Source: Octopus vulgaris (taxonomy: Eukaryota). From it: a stretch of DNA of 64,000 nucleotides. Within the stretch, counting starts at the first letter, position 1; the number at the start of each line of letters is the position of its first letter. The notes beneath the pieces were generated by a model. That model was given only the letters and a program-made list of their open reading frames with translations. It was not told the DNA's origin and searched no databases. Location of the stretch: assembly GCA_951406725.2 (NCBI GenBank), contig OX597824.1, positions 55,800,001-55,864,000 of the forward strand, given 5' to 3'. Made by a program: the position numbers and the translations under genes. This document shows positions 38,872 through 51,570 of this stretch, piece by piece.

Positions 38872-40019
38872 GGGATGTAGGTCATTATATAGGACTCTAT
38901 AAAGGTCTTTATATATGTTTGTCTCTAACAGCTAATCAATGCCCCCATATCAATCAATGCCAATTCTCTACTGTCCAGTAATAATGACCTTTGTTTCACA
39001 CCCCACTTAGATATTTCTTATCAGTATGAAGGAGGTCACACTTTTTGAATCTCTATATGAGATTACTGTTCACTATGTTGCTCTCGTTTCTCCTTTTCTG
39101 TCTTTTCTTTCATGTTTTGTGAGTAAACATACATGCATGCACACGCACACGCACACACATATCATGTACATATATTGTTATCATTATCATTGTTGTTATC
39201 ATCAGTGTCATATTGTTACTTTTCATGCTGACATGGTTGGACAGGTTGCTACAGTCAGAATCAGCATACATTCTGGAATGCTACACAAATTATGCTTGCA
39301 TGTTTCATTTTTATCTTGGTTGTTACAGCTGGATGTCCTTCCTAGTACCAACCGCTTTACAGAATGTACTTGGTACTTATTTCCTAGCAGCAACACTTGA
39401 GATGTGTCATGTCCTCAACATAATTAAAGAGACCTCACAGCCTTTGCAGACTGTATAGTGGGCATTTTTATGACACCAACACTAAAGAAGCAGCCATATA
39501 ATGCAGGACAGCCATGTATCTCCTCAACAGCAAAACACCTGTTCCACTCCTTGAATCATATTTAACTTCTCAACATCTACCCCCCCTCTCCACTACATCT
39601 CTACTCAGTTGAGGAGGTCTTTTTCTTTGACTTGTGAGTTACTTGGCAACCTCACTAGTTCTAGTGTCACAAGAAACACCCAACGCACTCTGTAAAGTGG
39701 TTGATGTAAGGAAGGACATCCAGCTATGGAGACTATGCAAAAGCTGCTGAACACATTTCTCCAACTCATCAAATCTTATCAAATCACCTAATACACGCCA
39801 GTATAGACAATGAACATTAAAATGTTGTAATGATGATCGTAAACACACACACACATCATTTAATGTCTGTTTTCCATGCTGGCATGGTTTGACAAGGGGT
39901 TGACCAGTCGGAGAGCTGTTCAGGCTCCATTTGTCTATTTTGGTATGGCTGATTACCCCCCCCCCCAATGCTAATCACTTTACAGAGTGTACTGGGTGCT
40001 TTTTATGTCGATCTGACAC

Positions 40020-40290
40020 AAGTACTTGTATGTGGCACTGGCATGAGTGCTTTTAACATGGTGCTGGCATGAGTGCTCTTTTATGTGGTGTCAGCTTGGA
40101 GGTTTCTCATGTGGTATTGGCATGAGTACCTTTACATGGTGCTGGCATCAGTGCTTTTTACTAGGTGTAGGTACGAGTGCATTTTATGTGGGGCTGGCAT
40201 GAGTGCACAGTATGTGACAGTGGTATGAGTGCTTTTTATGTGGTGAGTGCATCTTATGTGGTGCCGACACAAGTGCTTTTTACATAGTGC
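40020..40290. repeat. Degenerate minisatellite, unit about 27-28 bp
   Basis: Repeats of GTGCTGGCATGAGTGCTTTTTATGTG. Confidence 0.8.
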
Positions 40291-42014
40291 AGGCTATACA
40301 GAACTAGCCAGCATGCATGGATGGCCACAATTTTACTTAACTTGATGTGTGTTTTCAAGCACAGTAAATCACCAGAAGTGTCAATCACTTGTCATCTCCT
40401 CAGTGAGGCCCAACGTATGCAGATCCTTTCTCACCACAGTCACTGATCTTCAATAACAGTAGCATTCATCCCATCCTAGGACTGCCACATTATGTTGGCA
40501 AAAAGTCATTACTTTATGGTGCTGTTACTGTATATCTCTCTTGTAGAGAGATTTAAAAATAATAATATTTCTATTATGCAGATCAGTGACTGTGTGTCAC
40601 TTTGAAATCTATATATTTTCAGCAGCAGTTCAGTAGCAACATCTAGCCAACCAAGTTACTCCATGCTGATAAGGAGCAATAACCCAGAAACCAGTCCATG
40701 GATGCGAAGTTGTGCTGGGTGGAAGTGCTGAGCTTCCCTGTTAGAAAATATAAGGATACAGAATTTTTTGTGTCGTATAGCCAGTTGGAAACGATGTTTT
40801 CTGGGGCTAAATAACAGTGGCATTCGTCCCATCCTGGGACTGCCACATTATGTTGGAAAAAGGTCATTCCTTTATGGTGATGCTACTGTATATCTCTCTT
40901 TGAGAGATTTAGAAATAATATTTCTATTATGTGTGTGTGTGTGTATTTATTTTCAATGTGTACAAATAACATGGGAAAAAAATAGTTACCAGGGTAGCAA
41001 AAATTCACATAAGTGCCAAAAATATTACAGCCTACTTATAAAGGTAGAAATTCCAGGGTTAAATGAAATATTTTTGTATAACACAGATAAATTAAAAAAT
41101 GGAGTCAAATGCAGGTGTTATTCAAATCTTTATACATCCATTTTGAAGAAAACATATTATTTTTGAAGTCCGACATACGTTTTTGAAGAAAACATTTATA
41201 TTATTCCGGAGGGAATAAAATGATGTAAAACAATGCAATCATCTCGTCAGGGGAAAAAAGAGAAACAAAACACATCAATAAGCCATTTTAACCAAATGTG
41301 ATTTCCGTGTATATGAAGAAGGAGAATGCTGACAAGTTATTTTTTAAACAACTGTTAATAGAGATGTGTGTGTGCAGGCGAGAGATGGAGAAAGAGAATG
41401 GGAGAGAGAACATTGCAAACAATGAATGAAATAAATATGAAATGAAAAAAATCATACAAATAAAAGCTTGTTAAAATCTATCAGCATTCTTTTGGTTGAA
41501 CCCTCAGAAGTGCTAAAATGAACAGCTGGTTTTGTTCATTAATTTCCATAAAAATGTTTTACTTTTGTTTTAAAGTGAAAGAGAGAAGTGAAAGATGCAT
41601 GTAGTGTATATGAAATGGACGTGTGTGTTTGAGAGAGAGAGTACCACTTCGACATCACTCTCTCTGTCTCACACACACACATGCACAGATACATACATAA
41701 AAGATGTATGCATATGTATTAATGTATGTACGTATACATGACAACACCCTTTCAATCACTCTCTCTTTCTCTCTCACACACACACACACACATACATAAA
41801 TATATACAAACGTACATACAAAAACATACGTGTGTGTGTGTGTGTGTGTGCGTACGTGCGTGCATGCGTGTGTGTGTGACTGACTACAATTTCATAGAGC
41901 TGAACACTGCAAAAATAGTAAATAAATAAAAAAATTTTAGGAAAATTAATGACATGTACGGGTTCAAGCGCAATAATGCCAAACTATCTAGTACCGAATA
42001 TTTAAATTTGTAAA

Positions 42015-42869
42015 TGTGGTGTTATGACCCAGGCTGTGTTTAGAGAGAAGGACTGGAAGTGAGGGAGTATGCATGTCCTATCGGAAGTGGGGCCTGCAGG
42101 TCCCACCAATACGGTTTGCAGGGTCGGCAAAGCGTGAGCAGTCAGTTGGCAGCAGACAGCATATGAGAGTAGACCTGTTAGACAGTACAGTGGCAGACAG
42201 AGCACGTGGATGCTGAGAGTGACCCCTTCCACATTGACAGTACGGTGGCAGACAGAGCACATAGACATTGTGAGTGACCCCTTCTTGATAGACAGGTAAG
42301 ACCACCGTAATTCTCCCTCTGCTTCTGTCTTTTCCTCCTTCACATCACAAGTTATTTTGGCTCAAAAAAAAAAAAAATTCCGAGCAAGATAGTTAGGCCA
42401 TCTTGTAGTGAGGGAAATGTTACCACTTGGTTGAAAACAAATTAAGTTGGTGGCTAAACTCCATGGCATAGATAACCTAGTGAGTTTCATACCATTGTGC
42501 CTTGATGGATTGGCATTGGCACTACATCTGGAAATGGAGGAGAAGGACCAGTTAAGCACAGAAAAAATAGGAATCTGGCTGATGGAGGCGGTCAACTGGG
42601 GAAAGCAAAGTGGATGGGTGAACAGGTCGATGTGTTTGCAAACGAAATCAGGAGATTGCCCAAACTTGCAGGATACAAGGACGAGGCACTGGAACAAACA
42701 TTCAAATTAGCATTTGTGACTGGATTTCCTGACCACATGTCAGTCAAACTGCAAAAGCTGCTGAATATTCACTCCATGGTGATGGGAGAGGTAATATCAC
42801 AAGCCACAGTCATTGCCTTGTGTTGCAGGATGACACAGCTAGCAGAGACTGCAACAACGAGAAGGGATC
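42015..42869 (+). mobile_element. LTR retrotransposon A: LTR 42015-42349 plus gag, truncated by element B
   Basis: TGTGGTGT...ACATCACA, AGTTATTTTGGC, A-run, gag KLVAKLHG...FIPL.LDG.ALAL...GEQVDVFANEIRRL. Confidence 0.8.
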
Positions 42870-45733
42870 TGTGGTGTTTGTGGTGTTATGGGCTGTGATG
42901 AGCTATGTGGTGTTGGAGGAGAGGATTGCAGATGAGGTAAACGGAAGTGAAGACTGCAGGGGCCGGTGGAAGAGCTACGGGGGCCGGTGGAAGAGCTACG
43001 GGGGCATGCGTGGGCAAAAAACATGTAGGGCAGTTTGATGAGAGACGGCTGCGTGCAAGGACGTGTTTTTTCTTGACAGTGATCGCTCATCCTGCCTAGG
43101 TCAACAGGTAAGGTCTCTGTATTTCTTTCTCCCTTTTGCTTCTTTTTCTGTTGTCTTTTTCCACCATCACACTACAAGCTTTTTGGCCCATTAAAAAAAA
43201 CAACAAAAAAAAAAACGATGATGAGTGTAGTCCGTATTTCAAACAATATGGTCAAACCGTTTTCCGGTGATACGGATGTAGTCACTTGGATGAAGAAGAT
43301 GAAGTTGGTTGCGAAACTCCACGGTATAAATGACTTAGTGAGTTTTATACCACTGTACCTAGATGGTTCAGTGTTGGCGCTATACCTAGAAATGGAAGAA
43401 AGGGACCAACTTAGCGTGGAAAAAATAGAAATCCGTTTGAGGGAGGCCTTTGCAGAAGAAATGTTCGAAGTGTACGCTCGCCTGGGGAAAGCAAAGTGGA
43501 CCGGCGAACAAGTCGACGTATTTGCGAACTAACTCAGAAGATTGGCTAAACTGGCGGGATATGAAGGCGAATTACTGAACTGAACGGTTAAGTTAGCGTT
43601 TGTGACTGGTTTTCCTGACCACATGTCGGTCAGGCTCGCGTGCTAGTTTCGTGTTGCAGGATGACGCTGGTAGCAGTGACTGCAAAAACAAAAATTGATC
43701 AAGCAAGGAGTAGCAGAGAGGGGTCAAACAAGGAACGTGTGCGACCATTCAAAGGACAGTGTTTCCGGTGTCAGGTCCCGCACATGGTACGAGACTGCAA
43801 GTCACCCAAGCTTGAGGTCATTTACTGACCAGTGTCGAGAAACAGGACATATAACCAGCGAATGTCTACAGGGAAACGGTCTAGGGACACTACTACACAG
43901 TAGTTATCTCTTCATATCAATATGAAGGCATGTTTATCGTTACCTGCGAGCCCTTATTGACACGGGCTGTACGACGACCCTGATAATTCCAGAAATAGTA
44001 GAGACGTGAAGTGGAGAAAGCAATGTAAGGGCAGTCGACGGAAGAGAGGAACACTGTGAAGGCATTACAGATGCGCAGATTGTGGTGCAGGGAACAAAGC
44101 TGACGCTGCGAGCAATTGCAGTTGGCCACTTGGTGGACGAGATTGATGTGGTGATAGGGATGGATGCAATCACCCGTTTAGGAGGTGTCACTGTCACCAA
44201 GGCCGGTGCAATGTTCGGGTTTGCGGGCAAACCGTGTTTGGCAAGACTGTGCATTGGTGAGAACCACGAAGAAAAGTATGCTGCACACACCATTGAAGAC
44301 CAGGACTTTCGTACTGTCTTCGATAGCCAGAGGTGGACAGTGGAGTGGCACTGGAAGGGAGAGCCCCCGATATTAAAAAATAAAGTGGGCTGCTATCAGC
44401 ATACTTTGAAAGGAGATGCCAGAAGTGAGTTCGAGGGGAGGGGGAGCAGTGGATTAAGGAGAGCATATTGATCCCTTCGGAAGAAGAAGTAGACAGCAGG
44501 GTCCTGCCGCTGATGGCGGTGGTACAGCTCACAAAGCACAAGGTCAGGCCAATGCTTGACTTCTGAGAGCTGAATGACCATGTATCATGTCATACAGGTG
44601 GCGAGGCCACAGATGTCTGCAGGGACACCTAGCGAGAGTGGAGGCAGATAACAGGGGCCTCCACGATCATCGATTTGAAGTCAGTGCATGTGGCTGAGAG
44701 ACTCTGGAAGCATGAGCTTGTCAGGTATAAGGGCCGGACATACTGTCTGACCAGGCTGGGGTTCCAGCTAAATTCAGCGCCAAAGATTATGGCAACAATT
44801 CTCAAGGCCATCCTGGGAAAGGTGGACTGAGTAAAAAGAGCCACCAATTCGTACATTGATGTCATTCTGGTGGATGAAACCGTAATGCCAGCAACTGAGG
44901 TCATAGGCCACCTGAAGAGTTTTGGACTGATCGCCAAGCCACCAAAGGCGATGGAGGGAGGCGCTGCACTAGGCCTCAAGCTATGGAGAGACAAAGCCAG
45001 CACGTTGGTGTTCTGGCGAGGGAATGAGATCCCCAAACTGGGCATCAGCATGAGTAGAGAGGAACTGTTCTCAGTGTGTGGGAAGCTGATGGGACACTAC
45101 CCTATTGCAGGATGGCTCTGGACAGCATGTAGCTTCATCAAGAGATGAGCCGAATGAGCAAAGTGGAACGATAGAGTGGGGGAGAAGACAATCAACATGA
45201 TACAGGAAGTCTTGGTCAGAGTGAGAGCAGAGGATCCAGTGAGGGGCAGTTGGTATGTTCCCAAATCAAAGAGCGGGATTGTATGGCGTGATGCCAGTAG
45301 CATTGCAATAGAGGTTGTCTTGGAAGTGGGAGGCGTCATGGTGACAGATGCAGCCTGGCTCAGGAAGACAGATGACTGCAACCATTTCAATGTGGCGGAA
45401 TTGGATGCTATGTTGAAGTGAGTGAACCTAGCCTTGAAGTGGGGGCTGCACACCATAGAAATTAGGACTGATTCGGCCACTGTACTTGGTTGGGTGACAA
45501 TAATCATCACCAATGAGCGGAGGGTGCAAACCAAAGGGGCTGCAGAGATGTTGATAAAGCGTTGATTCGGGATACTGTGTGAACTAACCACTGAGTTCGA
45601 TCTGAAGCTGAGTGGGATCTTTGTGCCTTCTAAGAAGAACAGGGCAGACGTCCTGACCAGAAGCCAGGTTGCAGGTGCCAGAGAATGCGAAGCAGGCTGT
45701 GGCAGCAGTATGCCATCTGAGTGACTCAGATTG
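42870..45733 (+). mobile_element. LTR retrotransposon B: LTR 42870-43176, gag-PR-RT-RNase H, 3'-truncated
   Basis: Two CCHC knuckles (CFRCQVPHMVRDC; C..CRETGHITSEC), protease ALIDTGC, RT YCLTRLGF.LNSAP and SYIDV (decayed YIDD), RNase H DASS...AELD...TDS. Confidence 0.9.
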
Positions 45734-45798
45734 ATGCTGATTTGGCTCAGCATGTCACTATGTTGATCTCTGGCATGCTGATAGAGTATAGACAACTG

Positions 45799-45945
45799 TT
45801 ACCTGTCATCATACTCCCACCAATGTACATTTAATCTCTCTGCTAAACTCCTAGAAGTCTTCCCAATGTACGTTGTATTCTGGTTCTTACAGTCCCCCTT
45901 CATGCACTTTATGTTGCAGACCACATATAGGAGAATTCTTCTATA
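45799..45945 (-). pseudogene. GIY-YIG endonuclease fragment (Penelope-like)
   Basis: VVCNIKC...C...TYIGKTSRSLAERLNVH. Confidence 0.6.
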
Positions 45946-46088
45946 TAATTGAATGTTAAATCTGAATGAGCCACTGATCCAACTGATACTGAATTTGTTC
46001 AGGTTCATGTAAGAAATCTCACCTGTTTAAAATTTTACCTGATGATGATGGATTACATATCATGGATTATATGTTATATCTATTTATC

Positions 46089-46129
<41 letters not shown>

Positions 46130-46487
46130 TCTTTTTGTATAATGGGATCATTGTTGAAATACCTTTCTTTATTCTTTTCCCTGTCGTCATCAGTTTACAA
46201 CAAGTTACACATTAACAGACCCAATTTCACTTGTTTAAGTAAGCCCTGCAAATGACATGAGCACCGCTCTTTCTGTTACTCTTAACCAAGAATGAAATAT
46301 TTAAGATGGTAATATGTGGTTTGAGGGAGGTTTTACTATCTCCAATAGGTAATTAACTATATAGAGAAACAGGGGATGTAGTTATGAAACTACTTTATTC
46401 CTGGAGTGAAGAAACAGAATTAAGTTGAGACTAGAATCACCAAGTAGAGACGTTGATTCTGAAATCAAATAGGGTTTGTATGTATTC

Positions 46488-48997
46488 TGTGGTGTTGGCG
46501 GTCGGAGTTATGGGACGTGATGAGCTATGTGGTGTTGGTGGAGAGGATGACAGATGAGGTGGGCGGAAGTAGGGCTGGCAGGGGCTGGCGGAAGACTGAG
46601 GGGCGCATGCGTGGCAGGAAGCGGATGTGGTTAAGGACGAAGCACATATGGTCAGCGAGGAAGCGTGGCAGTTCCAGCATATACGGCAAAGCGACAGGAC
46701 GTGTCGAATTCGTGAGAGACCGCTGATTTCGCCGAGGTAAGGCCTTTTGTATTTCTTTCTCCCATTGCTTCTTTTTCTGTTGTCCTCTTCATCCATCACA
46801 CTACAAGCTATTTCGGCTCATAAAAAAAAAAAAAGAACGATGAGTGCCTGTATTTCGAATGAGATGATCAAACCATTTTGCGGTGACACAGATGTAGTCG
46901 CTTAGTTGAAGAAGGTGAAGTTGGTGGCAAAGCTCCATGATATAAGCGACCTAGCAAGTTTTATACCACTGTACTTGGATGGCTCCGGACAACATGTAGC
47001 TTCATCAAGAGACGAGCTGAAGGAGTGAAGTGGAGCGATAGAGTGGGGGAGAAGACGACCGACATGATACAGGAAGTCTTGGTCAGAGTAAGAGCAGAGG
47101 ACCCAGTGAGGGGCAGTTGGTATGTTTCCAAATCAAAGAGCGAGGTTGTATGGTGTGACGCCAGTAGCATCGCAATAGAGGTTGTCTTAGAAGTGGGAGG
47201 TATCATGGTGAAAGATGCAGCCTGGCTCAGGAAGATGGATGACTGCAATCATATCAATGTGGCGGAATTGGATGCCGTATTGAAGGGAGTGAACCTAGCC
47301 TTGAAGTGGGGGCTGCGCACCATAGAAATCAGGACTGATTCAGCCACTATACTTGATTGGGTGACAGCAGTCATCACCAATGAGTGGAGGGTGCGGACCA
47401 AAGGGGCTGCAGAGATGCTGGTAAAGCGTCAATTGGGGATACTGTGTGAACTAACCACTGAGTTCAATCTGAAGCTGAGTGGGATCTTTGTGCCTTCCGA
47501 GAAGGACAGGGTGGACGTCCTGACCAGGGTAAAGCGAGCCTGGTTGCAGGTGCCAGAGGATGCGAAGCAGGCTGTAGGTGCAGTATGCCATCTGAGTGAC
47601 TCAGAGTTGCGGAGATTGCATACCATGCATCACATGGGGGTGGACGGGACATTGTTCCTAGCCAGAAAAGTTGACTCTGATGTAACAAGATGGAGCGTGC
47701 AGAGAGTGGTTAGCAGCTGTGACAGGTGCCAGTCCATCGACCCTGCTCCAGGCGTACATGAGGTGGGAAGTATTCCAGTGGACCACGACTGGAAACGACT
47801 GGCGGTGGACATAACACACTACCGGCAGGGGACATACCTCTCAATGGTTGACTGCGGACGGGGCCGGTTGGCCATATGGAGGGAGATGAAGTCGGGGTCC
47901 GCAGAGGAAATTGTGAAAGTATTGAATGAGATATTCCTGGAACGAGGCCCATGGATGAACTGCTTCTGGATAATGTCACTGCATTTCGCTCGGAGGTGCT
48001 GAAAGAAATGCTTGATGGGTGGAAGGTCAACCGCTTCTTCAGGGCAGCATACCGGCCAATGGAAATGGGGTGGTGGAAAGGCATCATTGTACCATCAAGA
48101 CCATGGCAGAGAGGGGCCACATTTGACCAATCCAGGCCATATTTTGGTACAATATGTTGCCCAGATCAGGACAGGCTGAGGAGTCAGTGCCACACAGGTA
48201 CGAGTCGAGGCATCCGTGTACTGCATCAATGTGACCCGGGGCAGAGGAAGAGCACACCATGCAGGTGAGAGAAGAAGTTTGCGTAAAACCCCAAAACGCA
48301 CGGTGTACATCACGATGGGGAAGGGGAACAATAACCTCTATAAATTCGAAGAATAACATCTCTGTCTATGGTATGCCACGCCACATTTTGGATATACGGA
48401 AGATTGTCCATGCCTCAGAGGATGGAACCAGCAGCATTGGGCAAGAAGATGAAGACAACAACAGTAGGCAAGAAGATGAAGACAACATCAGTAGACAAGA
48501 TGATGAAGCCAGCAGCAACATGCCAGGAACCAAGGCCAGTCTTAGGGTCACACTGTGACCACAGAGGGAATGTCATCCTCCTCCCTAGTTGGCTGATTAT
48601 GAAACCAGTTAAGGTGTGAGTTCGGGAGCAAGGAGTGAGTGGGAAAGCCGGTTGAGTGATCTGTAGATCAGGGGGGCCATGTGGTGTTTGTGGTCGGTGT
48701 TATGGGACGTGATGAGCCATGTGGTGTTGGTGGAGAAGATGACAGATGAGGTGGGCGGAAGTAGGGCTGGCAGGGGCCCGCGGAAGACTGAGGGGCGCAT
48801 GCATGGCAGGAAGCAGATGTGGTTAAGGACGAAGCACATGTGGTCAGCGAGGAAGCATGGCAGTTCCAGCATAGACGGCAAAGCGACAGGACGTGTCGAA
48901 TTCGTGAGAGACCGCTGATTTCGCCGAGGTAAGGCCTTTTGTATTTCTTGCTCCCGTTGCTTCTTTATCTGTTGTCCTCTTCATCCATCACACTACA
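46488..48997 (+). mobile_element. LTR retrotransposon C: both LTRs, internally deleted
   Basis: 318-bp LTRs (46488-46805, 48680-48997), 5-bp TSD TATTC, PPT AGGGGGG. Gag N-terminus is fused to RNase H and integrase (H..HH...CDRC, AVDITH, LLDN, VERHH). Confidence 0.93.
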
Positions 48998-49049
48998 TAT
49001 TCAATAAAAATATTTGGGGAAAATTTCTGAAAAGACCAATGTAGTTATC

Positions 49050-49440
49050 AATGTACCAGAGTGTTTATCAAGGTACTAGTTTGGTCACCTAGATACAGTG
49101 CAATCTCTGGGGTACCAATATGTTCACCAATGTACCAGTGTGGTGATCAAGGTACCAGGATGATCACCTCAATACAAGTGTGATCACCACAGTGCCAGTG
49201 TGAACATCTAGGTGCTAGTGTGGCCACCAAGATACCAGCATGGTTACCTAGGTCATAGTGCAGTTACTTACGTACCTGTATGGTCACTAAGGTCTCATTG
49301 TCATCAATGAGATATCAGTGCTCTCACCAATGTACTAGTTTGGTTACCTAAGTACCAGTATGGTCACCAAGGTAACTTTGTGATCACCAGTGTAGTAGTA
49401 TGGTCGCCTAGGTATCAGTATGATCACCTGGGTACCAAAG
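49050..49440. repeat. Degenerate minisatellite, unit about 20-21 bp
   Basis: Repeats of GTACCAGTGTGGTCACCAAG. Confidence 0.8.
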
Positions 49441-50112
49441 GTGTAGCAGTGTGCTCACTTATCTATCAGTTTGGTGCAGCCATTATGAATAAAACAGTAG
49501 TGAAAGGTGTTCAAATCTTGACTATCCCATCTGACATAGTATCTATGACATTATCCAGTATCTGTTAAGACAGTTGGATATGATTTAAGGAATATTTGGC
49601 AGCTATTTCTAGCAGAACGACTGACCATATAAAGTAGTTCATGGGTTACAACTGTTGTTGTTTCAGCCAAGGTTGAAAAGAATTATCTTAAGAAGCATCC
49701 CAGCCGTTACCATCACACCACTATATTAAGAACAACATTATCCGCAAAAGTTATAGTGTGTTATTAGGAAGATTGAGTTGCTGTTTTAAGGAAGTCGAAC
49801 AAAAATGCTCTGTCATTTGTAATATATCTCAGTCATTTAGTTGTCACAGTCAGAGAACTGTTGCAAATGTGAAGAAAAGAACAAGAAACGTTTTTTCAGA
49901 ACAGAAAATTACATTCTTTCGAGATCTAAATGATTTTGCAATGTCACTTAAAATCATATACCATTTATACATGAGGAATTAAAATGGTCAATATTTAATG
50001 GATATTCAATATTTAATGCCATTATGTGAAAGAAAATAACAAGATCTGCAAGGTCTAGATCCATTGGAGTTGATAAAATATGTGTAGTGAACTCTAGTGA
50101 ACTTCCTCTCTC

Positions 50113-50166
<54 letters not shown>

Positions 50167-50831
50167 GAATATATATACATACATATGAATGTAACAGGTA
50201 ACAGCTAACCTTTGGACGCTATTTTGGACCCCGTTGTGTCTATCACACTGATTGTTTGGTATTGGCGCAATTTGTCTCTTACTCCAATATGCAAACAAAC
50301 CAATCGCAGCCTCCAAATAAATCATGTGAGACAGTCTGTTCTAAACTCCATTTGAGCCTACTGTTACCTATAAAAACGCACCCCCTCCTAGTCTTGGGGG
50401 TCTGTTGGTTTCAGACCTTCTAAGGTCTAACCACTGACTACATTACAGCAACCTCCATCTTCGTCGCCACCATCATGTCTCTCACCAACGTCGTCAACAA
50501 CATCTTTACACAGCACCGACAACACTGCACAGGTTCTAACATATCGCTGTTCGTGAGCTTCCTCACCAGAGTTAACAGCAAACATACAACCCACACAGAT
50601 GCATGTAGATATATGAATAAATGTCCATCAACCATTTCCATTTATCATTCAGCTTATATATATATACGTGTGGCCGGCATTAATGACACTTAAAGTTACC
50701 ACCTTGTTCCATGTATTTCTTTATACTGTGTTCTTGTCAAATGATATTACAGCCTTCTGAATAGTCACATTAGGTGGAATACAACCTATCCAACTATATA
50801 TGTATAAGACATGTACTTGAATAGATTTAAT

Positions 50832-51498
50832 GGTCAATATAAAGATTCTCACCCCTTAATGAAAATATAAAAACCCAGCCCGCTAGGTGTTAACAACTGT
50901 GTAGAAAACGAATATGAGAAAATAAGTTGCACAAATGAACCTAGAGACGGGGAGAGGACTTTTGGAAAATTCACGAGATTCAATCTTTCCCTCAGAACCT
51001 TCAGGAAAATGATATACTGAAAAAAAAACTCCAACACCCTCCCCTTCCAATTCTACGGTCTTGGCCTTCAAGTAGGCTATCCACATGCTAGAAATAACAG
51101 CCAAATCTCACAAAACTGTGATAACATAATGAAAGAAACATGTAATCAATCTACTCACCTTTCTGCAATGATTTCTTTTTCAGAGTAATTTCCCGCAATA
51201 ATATGACAGTGTTCTTTTCTTTTTTTTTTTTTTTGAAAGTTACAAAAAATATGAGCGCAAATATAACAGCAAGCTCTTTTGAAATTTTGAATTTGCGATT
51301 TTTGAAAATATCCATTTTCCTGAAAGTTATGAGGGAAAGATCTGATCTTGTGAATTTTCCGAAAGTCCTCTCCCCACCCCCAATCCAGGTTCGTTTGCAC
51401 AAATTTTTATTTTCGTATTCGTTTACTACACAGTTGTTAATATCCAGCAGGATTTTTTGTTTTGTTTTCGTTAACGGGTGAGGATCTTTATATTTACC
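50832..51498. mobile_element. Long-TIR fold-back DNA element
   Basis: GGTCAATATAAAGATTCTCACCC / GGGTGAGGATCTTTATATTTACC, perfect 8-bp TSD GATTTAAT. Confidence 0.85.
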
Positions 51499-51570
51499 GA
51501 TTTAATTACATTAACATCAACAAAAGTTCGAGGCTTTGTTGTGCAAGTGAATGAAATTTATAATTTATAT

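Noticed and set aside
41165-41255. Hammerhead on the minus strand (CTGACGA...AAAAACGTATGTC)
   Set aside because: GAAA lost and stems too degenerate to support.
40020-49440. CRISPR-like arrays at 40020-40290 and 49050-49440
   Set aside because: Degenerate head-to-tail minisatellites with no unique spacers, no cas genes and a eukaryotic context.
50197-50368. Small GGTAACAG...CTGTTACC element, or a CCAAT-box promoter
   Set aside because: Only 8 bp of inverted repeat, no TSD and no associated gene.
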